NCBI GenBank assembly: GCA_037442745.1
Contig: JBBIPP010000003.1
Coordinates: 1 to 64,000 of the forward strand
Direction: 5' to 3'
Origin: an archaeon
GTDB taxonomy: Archaea; SpSt-1190; DYHY01
DNA length: 64,000 bases
Shown piece after piece: positions 56,097 to 64,000 of this stretch. A model generated the notes under the pieces. That model was given only the letters and a program-made list of their open reading frames with translations, did no database searches and was not told the DNA's origin. The position numbers and the translations under genes were made by a program. Within the stretch, counting starts at the first letter, position 1, and each line of letters opens with the position of its first letter.

Positions 56097-57103
56097 GAAT
56101 ACTTCATGTCACGCCCTTTTTTTCTCCCCATATTGGCGGGGTCGAGAGACACGGCCTTGAGGTTTCCCGGTGCCTTGCTGAAAAGGGGCTGTCTGAAAGG
56201 GAAACTATCGGACGAGTCAGGATAATCCGCGCCCCTTTCTGGGGAATGGGGTATTTCTCACGTCTCTTTTCGGCTTGGTGGTTTGTCATCAGGAACTGGA
56301 AGGAATTTCGGGAGTTCGACATAACCCATCTCCATGATTTTCCTGCTTTCGTATGGGCATTGCCACTCTTCGGGAAGAGAGCAATTACTTTTCATGGTTT
56401 TGAGCACGACCCGCCCAAGTTCTATAACAAATTGCTGAGGAAACTCGCGGAAAAGTCTGTCGGCTCCGTTTTCTGCGTGGGAAAATATCTTAGGAGAATT
56501 TATGGCACGAGATGTCTTGACAAGAACATAATTGTCGGGGGGGTTGAATGGAAGAGATTCTCGGGCAATAGGAAAAGGATAAGGAATAAGATTGTTTTTC
56601 TGAGACGCCTTGAAGGGGACAACCATCCGTTGGAGTGTATTGAGGCGCTTTCCGGAACGGGAATCGGAATAGATTTCTACGGGAAAGGCTCTCTCGTCGC
56701 AAAGGCAAGGGCGTTTTCTGTTGAACGGGGGGTTTCGGCGAGATTTTTCGGAGAAACAAAACATCCAGAAAATATCCTTCCCAGATACGAACTGGCTTTT
56801 GCGTCAAAACAGCTCGCAATCCTCGAATCCCTTGCTTCCGGATGCGCCGTATTCTCGCTTCACTCTAGCAACCTCCAAAAAGAGCTTTTGAAAGGAATGG
56901 GTCTTCCGAGAAAAGTGGTCGCGGATTTCCTGGTTTCTGACATCAAGAAGGCTGGGAGAGAAATTTCCGCGAGAATGATATCAGGTGGCGGGACCGGTTC
57001 CGGGATATCTTTCCGGAGAAGGCTTGCGAGAAAGTTCGGCTGGGAGAAAGTTGCCGATACGTACGAGAGGGAATACTTACGTCTGTTCAATGACCTTCCC
57101 TGA
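56093..57103 (+). CDS. GT4 glycosyltransferase (copy 2, 13-aa internal deletion)
   Basis: Same N-terminus as copy 1; ILESL, FGWE; ATGA overlap with the flippase. Confidence 0.85.
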   Translation: MRILHVTPFFSPHIGGVERHGLEVSRCLAEKGLSERETIGRVRIIRAPFWGMGYFSRLFSAWWFVIRNWKEFREFDITHLHDFPAFVWALPLFGKRAITFHGFEHDPPKFYNKLLRKLAEKSVGSVFCVGKYLRRIYGTRCLDKNIIVGGVEWKRFSGNRKRIRNKIVFLRRLEGDNHPLECIEALSGTGIGIDFYGKGSLVAKARAFSVERGVSARFFGETKHPENILPRYELAFASKQLAILESLASGCAVFSLHSSNLQKELLKGMGLPRKVVADFLVSDIKKAGREISARMISGGGTGSGISFRRRLARKFGWEKVADTYEREYLRLFNDLP

Positions 57104-58091
57104 AAACCTCGATCTTGTTCGTCCGCTCGAGCCATTTCTTGTATTTGGATATTTCCCTTAGATAGTCTGGAAAGATTTCCGAGAGTCTTGAGGGCGCGCG
57201 GGAATCTTTTTCTAAGACGAGCGGGTCGAGGAACCTTGCTTTTCTAGAGATTACATAGTCCCATTTTTTGTCGTTGAATTTTATTCTGGTCCTCTTCGAT
57301 ATGAGGGAGAGTTTTTCTCGTATTTTGAAGTTGGAATTCCTGACAAGCTTCGCCATGAACTCCTTTTCGGTCAGCTTCGTCAAGTCCTCCCCAGTTATTA
57401 TCCCTATCCTCAGGCCTTCGGCGATTGCTTCTGCGAGGAATTTCGAGAAAGTGTTTTGGATCGGGCTCGCCCATTCAGAATAGGAGAGCTGGAGATATTT
57501 CTTAGATGCTAATAGGGCATTTCTCATCCCGGAGAACGCGAACATCCACCTTCCCCCGAAATCCAGCATCTTGACAGATGCAAGTATCCTCTCCGCTTGG
57601 ACCCTTGAGAGCTTACCGACAGTCACCCCGTCCCTGAGGAAATAGTCTATCCTGTCTGCCGAAAGATCTGGGAGCTCTGCCGTGAGAAGGGGGTTCTCCC
57701 CCCTGATAACTTCCTTCAAGCTCAATCCGTGCCTTGAGAGTATCCCGGGGATTTCCGACGATTCGAGCGTTGCCTCGAAAATCTTGTCATGGTAGCTCTT
57801 CTCATCGCTATCGAATATCTTGTCAATCACGTGGGAGAATACTGTATGGGAAATGTCGTGGAGGAGCCCGGCCAGACACTCTTCCCTCGGGGCTCCGAAC
57901 AGGACAAGTATGTGATAGACTCCTATCGAATGTTCGAGCCTTGTCGTGTTCTTGTGGGGATCCGAGAGAACGACAGCGCCGTATTGGTTTATCCCAGAGA
58001 GTCTCCTCATCGACTTGGACCTTATTATCGCCTCTGCCAGGGGATCGGATATTGAAATCCTTCCATAAACCTTGTCGTTCAGGGAAAGCAT
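57087..58091 (-). CDS. HD-domain phosphohydrolase (SAMHD1-like family)
   Basis: D.VYG, RL.GI.Q, RLEHSIGV, LLHDISH..FSH, ADRIDY. Confidence 0.92.
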   Translation of the reverse strand: MLSLNDKVYGRISISDPLAEAIIRSKSMRRLSGINQYGAVVLSDPHKNTTRLEHSIGVYHILVLFGAPREECLAGLLHDISHTVFSHVIDKIFDSDEKSYHDKIFEATLESSEIPGILSRHGLSLKEVIRGENPLLTAELPDLSADRIDYFLRDGVTVGKLSRVQAERILASVKMLDFGGRWMFAFSGMRNALLASKKYLQLSYSEWASPIQNTFSKFLAEAIAEGLRIGIITGEDLTKLTEKEFMAKLVRNSNFKIREKLSLISKRTRIKFNDKKWDYVISRKARFLDPLVLEKDSRAPSRLSEIFPDYLREISKYKKWLERTNKIEVFREGH

Positions 58092-58203
58092 TCTCTTCGG
58101 AAAGGTTTTCCTGAAAAGGGTTTAATAAACTGTTCCTAGAAGCGTCCCGGTAAGAAGGCATACATAATTGTTTAAAAGGCTGCTACGGTTCTTCTGGGAA
58201 CAT

Positions 58204-59022
58204 ATGACTATTCGCCAAGGATTTTTCAGGAAAAGGGATTTCGTCGCGGTGATTCTTGCGGGCGGAGAGGGTTCAAGGATAGGACTCCCATTTTCCAAAT
58301 GCCTCCTTCCGGTTGAGGAAGGCAGACCCCTCCTCCTAAAGCACATCAACTATCTCCATAAGGCAGGGATTAAAGAATGGATTTTCGTGATAAATCCTGC
58401 GCAGACGGACATATTGAAGTTCATTGCGAAGGAGACTCCGGAGGACACACGCTACCACATCGTCCTTCAGCCGGCTCCGGTCGGGATATCGGAGGCCCTG
58501 ATGCGCGCGATCCCCTACATTCAGGAAGCGGACAACGCGATGGTCCTCCTTCCGGACACTTACATGAACGGGGAGAACCCCTACGAAAAATTGAAGAAGG
58601 CGCATACAGCGGAGAAATCTCCTGGAGGGGTAACGCTCTGCCTCTGGTCGAAGGAGAACAATTTCGGAAGCCTCGATTTCGTGAAAACATCGGGAAATGT
58701 CTGGACTGAAATCGACCCGACCTTGAAGCACGACAGCAAGGGTTGGGGCTGGGGAGCGATCGCGTTCTCCGTTGATTCCCTCGCATCGAAGGAGAACCCA
58801 TTTATACAGAAGGTCTATGGAAGAAACGAGAAAGTGATTGACAACATGGGCCTCCTCTTCACCGAAGTCAGGAAAACTGCGCTCATGCTTCCCTACAAGT
58901 ATTGCAAGGTGAAAGGGGACCGGATTGACTGCGGGACAATCGAGGGCTTTACAAAGGCAGTCAATTATGTCGGGCGAAGGGTCGGAGCCAAAGGGAAAGC
59001 ACTAATAAAGAAAAGGAATTAG
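58204..59022 (+). CDS. Sugar-phosphate nucleotidyltransferase (RmlA-like)
   Basis: ILAGG.GSR, K.LLPV, Q..P.G, DCGT. Confidence 0.85.
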   Translation: MTIRQGFFRKRDFVAVILAGGEGSRIGLPFSKCLLPVEEGRPLLLKHINYLHKAGIKEWIFVINPAQTDILKFIAKETPEDTRYHIVLQPAPVGISEALMRAIPYIQEADNAMVLLPDTYMNGENPYEKLKKAHTAEKSPGGVTLCLWSKENNFGSLDFVKTSGNVWTEIDPTLKHDSKGWGWGAIAFSVDSLASKENPFIQKVYGRNEKVIDNMGLLFTEVRKTALMLPYKYCKVKGDRIDCGTIEGFTKAVNYVGRRVGAKGKALIKKRN

Positions 59023-59029
59023 TTGGAAA

Positions 59030-60145
59030 TCAGTTTTTCCTCTCTGAGACTGCGAGAATTTCCCGCTCGATCTCTCCTGCTATCTTCTCCCATGAAAATT
59101 TTCGGGCGAATCCCCTCGAAATCCCGGGAACTCCCTTATTCTTGAGCGCCCTCTTCGCATTTCCTATCTGCTTGAAAAATCCCGCTTTTCCATCGGAGAG
59201 GAATCCCGCCGGTAGAGGGGCAGTTACTTCGGGGAGGGACGCGGAATTCAATGTGACTGATATTTTTCCGCATGCGGAGGCCTCGAGGGGAGGGATGCCG
59301 AATCCTTCCCAGGAGGACGGATGGAGATAGATGTCTAGGGCGTTGAAGAATCCGTTCAGGTCCTTCTCTGGGAGGTTCTTAAGAAGGATCGCCCTTTTTC
59401 CTAGGGAATTTTTCTCGATAAAATCGAGATATTCCTTTTCCAGCTCCCCGCCGCCCGCAATCGCAACAGTTACCGACTTGTCAAGTAAGGCATATTCCAG
59501 GAGATACTTGTGGTTCTTGTAGGGGACAAACCTCCCGATTGTTCCGAGGAAGAAGGCCTTCCTCGGCACTCTGTATTTTCTCCGGAAGTTCTCTCCTTCT
59601 TTTTTGGATGGCTTCAGCCGTTCGGTGTCAATTCCGCAGTAAATCAAGCCATCCGACTTTCTAAAGTAGATTGCTTTCAGCTGACGCTCCATGTATTCGG
59701 AACAACATATGTTTCTTTTCGCGAGGAAAACCGTCGGGAATCCCGAAAGGTAGTTGTCTATCCAGCGGAGGGGATTTTTCAGAAACTCTGAGAAAACCGT
59801 GACTTGCCCCCAATAGTAGTTTATAGTCGGGATTCCGGAGAGAACTGCCGAGTTCGAAAGGATTGAGGTGTATGTGAATATGATGTCTGGGGAAATTTCT
59901 TTTATTTTATTCGGATAGAGGGAAAATTGCCTTATCCTTCCGAGAAAGGCTCCGCCATAAGGAACTGTTTCCGTTTTTATCCCCTCCTTCCTGATTAAAT
60001 CAATCATTTCAGGCCGTGTGTTCTCGGAAAAGGTCAGGATTGTGACATCGTGGCCCTTTCTTCTCATTGCCCTCGCTGCCTCAAAAATGAATCTTTGTTG
60101 CCCTGTCATAGATTTTGCGCTTGTGAGGGTGAAGAGTATTTTCAT
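59030..60145 (-). CDS. GT4 glycosyltransferase
   Basis: GR.VP.K, PSSWEGFGIPPLEA, FSWE. Confidence 0.93.
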   Translation of the reverse strand: MKILFTLTSAKSMTGQQRFIFEAARAMRRKGHDVTILTFSENTRPEMIDLIRKEGIKTETVPYGGAFLGRIRQFSLYPNKIKEISPDIIFTYTSILSNSAVLSGIPTINYYWGQVTVFSEFLKNPLRWIDNYLSGFPTVFLAKRNICCSEYMERQLKAIYFRKSDGLIYCGIDTERLKPSKKEGENFRRKYRVPRKAFFLGTIGRFVPYKNHKYLLEYALLDKSVTVAIAGGGELEKEYLDFIEKNSLGKRAILLKNLPEKDLNGFFNALDIYLHPSSWEGFGIPPLEASACGKISVTLNSASLPEVTAPLPAGFLSDGKAGFFKQIGNAKRALKNKGVPGISRGFARKFSWEKIAGEIEREILAVSERKN

Positions 60146-61146
60146 TTCGAGACCTTCCTTATTATTGTCGATGCAATTAATTTCGCAGAGTTCGAAACAA
60201 TGCAAAGAGGCCGTGCGACCGGCGCGAGGAGCCTGCTGGAAAGCGCTGTTTGGAAAAAGGTTCCGCCGAATTCCTTCGTTGAAAATTCCCTTATCTTCTC
60301 GGCAATCTCCCGGTTTCCCAAGGCAACGTTCTTCTCATACAGCCTGTCGGCAAGCTGTCGGGAACGGGAGATTATTTCTTCCCTTGACGGGATTTGAAGC
60401 CTTTTCGCGTGTTTCAGCGCCTCGAGATAGATCCTGTGGGTTTCCTCGAGATACATCGCATCCCGCCCAAACGAGATATTCGTCTTCCTAATTATGTCGG
60501 TTGCCAGAGGCTCTTTTATGTATGCTATTTTCTTCCCTGATAGAACTGTCAAGAGAAAGAAATAGACGTCGAACGCCGCAGGGTATTTTCTGGGAAACCC
60601 CCCTATCTCCTTGAAGAGGGATTTCCGGAAAACTAGGGTCGTTATTCCTAATTCGAACCTGTTGCTCCAGCCTTTCACTAGAAGGACTTTGATGAAGTCG
60701 TTCTTTCCGAGCCTCTCCGGAATGTCAAAGACCCGCCTCTCTGAATATTTTCCGTCTTCGGTCGCCCTATAAAACCCCGAACAGACAATCCCGACATCCG
60801 GTTCCCGCTCCAGGATATCCAATGCCTTGCCGAGAAGCGTTGGCTCGTAGATGTTATCGTCGTGGAAAAGGGCGATGTATTTCCCGCGTGCGCCCTTTGC
60901 CGCCTCGTTGAAGTTCTCGAGCTGGAGTATTTTCTTCGGATGTATCTTGAACCGGACACGTGGATTTTTCAGCCCGCGCAGGTATTCCGCAGTGTCGTCA
61001 TTTGACGCGCTGTCGGAAACAAATATCTCAAAGCTCCGCTCGGGCCTTGCCTCGGAGAGGAAAAATCTTACGTTCTTTTCGAGGAGCTCCCGACGGTTCA
61101 TTGTCGGGATGCATATGGAGATTTCCGGATGTTTCCTTTCCGGCAA
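60142..61146 (-). CDS. GT2 glycosyltransferase
   Basis: SICIPT.NR, DSAS.D.T, N.N, HDDN. Confidence 0.9.
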   Translation of the reverse strand: MPERKHPEISICIPTMNRRELLEKNVRFFLSEARPERSFEIFVSDSASNDDTAEYLRGLKNPRVRFKIHPKKILQLENFNEAAKGARGKYIALFHDDNIYEPTLLGKALDILEREPDVGIVCSGFYRATEDGKYSERRVFDIPERLGKNDFIKVLLVKGWSNRFELGITTLVFRKSLFKEIGGFPRKYPAAFDVYFFLLTVLSGKKIAYIKEPLATDIIRKTNISFGRDAMYLEETHRIYLEALKHAKRLQIPSREEIISRSRQLADRLYEKNVALGNREIAEKIREFSTKEFGGTFFQTALSSRLLAPVARPLCIVSNSAKLIASTIIRKVSK

Positions 61147-61152
61147 ACTGCA

Positions 61153-62208
61153 TCAGTTCTCCTCTAGTGTCCCGCGCTTCACTTTCTCGAAATCGGCAGA
61201 TACCATTCTTTTCACGAGCTCCTTGAAAGCCACTTTCGGCTTCCAACCGAGCTCTTTTCTCGCCTTTTCAGGGTTCCCTATAAGATGCTCGACTTCTGCC
61301 GGCCTCATGTTGTCAGTTGTCGACACTATTAAAATTTGTCCTGTCTTTTCGTCGAATCCTTCCTCTTTTCCGCTCTTGTCCTTCCGCCAGGAGAGCTTCC
61401 AGCCGAGCTCCTTCGAGGCCTCTTCCGCGAACTCCCTCACGCTGTGGCACTCGCCGGTCGCAAGAACATAGTCGTCCGGGCTCTTCGCCTGGAGAATCCT
61501 CCACATCCCCTCCACATAATCGGGTGCATATCCCCAGTCTCTCTTCGCGTCGAGGTTCCCTAGATCTAGGGGAATCTTCCTCTCGCCCAGTTTTATCCTG
61601 GAGAGCTCTATTGTTATTTTCCTTGTAACGAACTGCGGGCCTCTCCTCTCGCTCTCGTGGTTGAATAATATTCCGTTGACAGCGAACATTCCGTAGGACT
61701 CGCGGTAGTTCTTCACTGCCCAGAAAGCGAAGAGCTTTGAGAACCCGTATGGCGAACGGGGATAGAACGGGGTTTTCTCTGTTTGGGGAATTTCGACAGC
61801 TTTCCCGAATAGTTCCGAGGTCGATGCCTGATAGATTTTCGTCTTCAGGCAGGACTGCCTGACCGCTTCCAGTAGCTTTAAGACTCCAAGGCCAGTCGCT
61901 TCGGCAGTCTCTATCGGCATGTCGAAGCTCGCTTTCACATGGGATTGCGCGGCGAGATTGTATATCTCGTCGGGCTTGGTTTTTCTCAGGATTGAGAGTA
62001 TTGACATTAGGTCCGTCAGGTCCCCGTAATGGAGATGGAAGTCTGGATTGTCCCTTATCGCTCCTATGCGCCAGGAAGTCGTCGCGTCAGACCTCCGGAC
62101 AAGGCCGTGGACAACGTATCCTTTCGAAAGGAGAAGCTCCGCTAGATAAGAGCCGTCCTGGCCAACAACGCCGGTTATCAATGCGGACTTTTTCTTCGGA
62201 TTGAGCAT
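61153..62208 (-). CDS. gmd: GDP-mannose 4,6-dehydratase
   Basis: [39 protein letters not shown]. Confidence 0.97.
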   Translation of the reverse strand: MLNPKKKSALITGVVGQDGSYLAELLLSKGYVVHGLVRRSDATTSWRIGAIRDNPDFHLHYGDLTDLMSILSILRKTKPDEIYNLAAQSHVKASFDMPIETAEATGLGVLKLLEAVRQSCLKTKIYQASTSELFGKAVEIPQTEKTPFYPRSPYGFSKLFAFWAVKNYRESYGMFAVNGILFNHESERRGPQFVTRKITIELSRIKLGERKIPLDLGNLDAKRDWGYAPDYVEGMWRILQAKSPDDYVLATGECHSVREFAEEASKELGWKLSWRKDKSGKEEGFDEKTGQILIVSTTDNMRPAEVEHLIGNPEKARKELGWKPKVAFKELVKRMVSADFEKVKRGTLEEN

Positions 62209-62232
62209 GGAAATCCCCCGTCCCCTCTCGTT

Positions 62233-63342
62233 TTATAATTTGTCCCGCTTTCCGGGGAGAATTCTTCCTATTTCAGCCGCTATCTGGGTGGCAGACCTGC
62301 CCTCTCCGAAAGCCAGTCTGGCGTTCCTGGCTATTTTCCATTTCCCGGCTTTTGCCTTCTTCAGGTGATGGGCAATTTCCTCCGGGACAATTGAGCGAAC
62401 GGACGCCCCTGTTCTCTCAGCCTCCGTCCTCTCGGAATGCCTCCTGAACTGGATTGACGGGACTCCGAGATAGCACGCCTCTTCTGTCTCCCCTCCGGCG
62501 TCGGTCAGTATTGCCGTCGCGTTCGAAAGGAGGGAAAGGAACTTTTTCTGTGGGAGGAATCCTTCAGTCCGGGCAGTTTTTGGAATTCTTATTTTGAACT
62601 TCTCGGCCTGCCTTTTCAGGTTCTCGGGAAGTATCAGTATTGTCGGAAGGGGCGAGAGCTCAATTGCCCTGAAGAAATTCCTGATCCGCTCCTTGCTCGT
62701 TATGTTCTCGTGCCGGTGGAGCTTTGCAATTGCGTATTTGCCCTTGGGAATTTTTGCGGATCCCTTGGATTTCTTCGAGCGCAAGACATCGATATTCGTG
62801 TTCCCGGTAACGAATATCCTTGACCTCTGCTTCCCCTCAGAGAGGAGGTTTTGCGCCGAGTGCCGGGTCGGGCAGAAGAAATAGTCTGAGAGGGAATCTG
62901 CAAGGCGCCTTGAGAGCTCTTCGGGGAAAGGCTCTCTTGCGCTCCCGGAGCGGAGTCCTGCCTCAATGTGCGCAAGCTTCTTTCCGACAAGTTTCGCACC
63001 GATTGCCCCGGCAGTTGTTGTCATTGTGTCTCCGTGGACAAGGACAAGGGAGATTTTCCTGTCTTCCGAGAGTTTTTTCGAAACCCATCCGATTGCCCGA
63101 AGAGCCCAAGTCCCCGCCGAGAGCTTGGATGAAAACCTTCCCCTTCCCCGGGCAGAAGAGTCAAAGACGTGCTTTGGCGGGCGCATCTTGTTCTCTTTTA
63201 GGGCGTCCTCGATATTGTGCTGGCCTGTGAAGAATATTTCGTATGGAATTCTCCTTTTCTCAAGTTCGGAGACTATTGGGGAGATTTTTATGAGTTCAGC
63301 AATTGTTCCTATTACGAATGCGGCTTTTTTGCCGGGGCTCAT
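62233..63342 (-). CDS. wecB: UDP-N-acetylglucosamine 2-epimerase (non-hydrolysing)
   Basis: TGQH, VHGDT, HIEAGLRS, PFPEE, TGN, HRHEN. Confidence 0.92.
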   Translation of the reverse strand: MSPGKKAAFVIGTIAELIKISPIVSELEKRRIPYEIFFTGQHNIEDALKENKMRPPKHVFDSSARGRGRFSSKLSAGTWALRAIGWVSKKLSEDRKISLVLVHGDTMTTTAGAIGAKLVGKKLAHIEAGLRSGSAREPFPEELSRRLADSLSDYFFCPTRHSAQNLLSEGKQRSRIFVTGNTNIDVLRSKKSKGSAKIPKGKYAIAKLHRHENITSKERIRNFFRAIELSPLPTILILPENLKRQAEKFKIRIPKTARTEGFLPQKKFLSLLSNATAILTDAGGETEEACYLGVPSIQFRRHSERTEAERTGASVRSIVPEEIAHHLKKAKAGKWKIARNARLAFGEGRSATQIAAEIGRILPGKRDKL

Positions 63343-64000
63343 TCGGAGCCACCTGTGTATCTCAGGACAATTGAGCCCGCCCCTTGGGAATTGACGAACT
63401 GCTTTTCAATTGCGAAGAGGTCCGGATATTTCGAGGCAAGGGCGAGGGCATACTTGGGCTGGGCCCAGTCGTAATTGTTCACCTCAAGATATTCCGCCTC
63501 CCCTCTCTTGAGTTGCTCGAGAAGAGCCTCTTCTGTTTCCGGAAATGCTCTCACTTGCCCGTTGTGGAAGAGGGAGACAATCCTATATGCCCCTGCGAAA
63601 ACCCTCTCCCCTTGCGCGTTCCGGGCGAGCCACTCCCCGGAATATTCTATCTCGACATATCCGCCCTTCTTTGAGTTGTGCATTCCTTCGCCGACTGAAT
63701 AGGAAAAAATCGAGAACCCGATTATTGTGATTGCAAAGAGCGCGCGCCCGGCTCCCTTGTTTTTTAGGAACTTTTCGATCGGAAACATTGCGAGGTTCGC
63801 TAGGGAAATTGAGAGAACGGGGAGTATTGACACAAAATATCTCGCATCATAGGGGATTCCCGCAAGGCGCGAAACGGGTGAGAATATTACAAACGCGAGG
63901 AGGGGGAAAAACAGCTCGCTCTTCCTGAACAATGCAAGCCCAGAAAGGGAGGCTAGAAAGACAATAATGTGCAGTTGAACAAACCGCATTGACTCCAAGA
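63339..64000 (-). CDS. Membrane protein, probable GT-C glycosyltransferase (3' part only; runs off the window)
   Basis: TMs with DARYF..P motif then a soluble C-domain. Confidence 0.6.
   Translation of the reverse strand, partial: LESMRFVQLHIIVFLASLSGLALFRKSELFFPLLAFVIFSPVSRLAGIPYDARYFVSILPVLSISLANLAMFPIEKFLKNKGAGRALFAITIIGFSIFSYSVGEGMHNSKKGGYVEIEYSGEWLARNAQGERVFAGAYRIVSLFHNGQVRAFPETEEALLEQLKRGEAEYLEVNNYDWAQPKYALALASKYPDLFAIEKQFVNSQGAGSIVLRYTGGSE

Larger units (their letters stand above)
53541..56351 (+). repeat. Near-identical direct repeat of the GT4 5' ends (53541-53840 vs 56091-56351)
   Basis: Identical except two substitutions and a 39-bp deletion in copy 2. Confidence 0.92.

Noticed and set aside
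1-64000. CRISPR arrays, transposases, integrases, inteins, rRNA
   Set aside because: None seen; dispersed repeats occur only as pairs, and RtcB is of normal length

Overview
Archaeal chromosome segment of about 50% GC. The compact genes, mostly leaderless TATA promoters and gene repertoire suggest a DPANN-type archaeon (inferred, not established). Layout: 0.6-19.6 kb holds transport and metabolic genes (MFS/spermidine synthase fusion, MscS, Na/Pi cotransporter, asnA-Lrp, NAD kinase, MscL, radical SAM, P-type ATPase, ACD alpha, CysRS) and three tRNAs: His, Leu with a D-loop intron, and Trp with a 131-nt guide-containing intron. 20-38 kb is the S10-spc ribosomal superoperon (uL3 to secY, DUF106, cbf5), interrupted by two unrelated genes. 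38.7-42.5 kb holds rtcB, archease and hemK. 42.5-64 kb is a glycosylation island (aglB, carbamoyltransferase, GT-C/GT2/GT4s, two Wzx flippases, gmd, wecB) with signs of recent rearrangement. Best leads: (1) aIF1/SUI1 appears to need a non-canonical AUA (or ACG) start with an out-of-frame AUG just downstream, a candidate autoregulatory circuit; (2) the tRNA-Trp intron carries C/D-type guides plus an internal copy of its own 3' splice junction; (3) several unexplained structured intergenic regions and att-like duplications; (4) aglB is in an operon with an O-carbamoyltransferase. All calls come from reading motifs by eye; no searches or folding programs were run.
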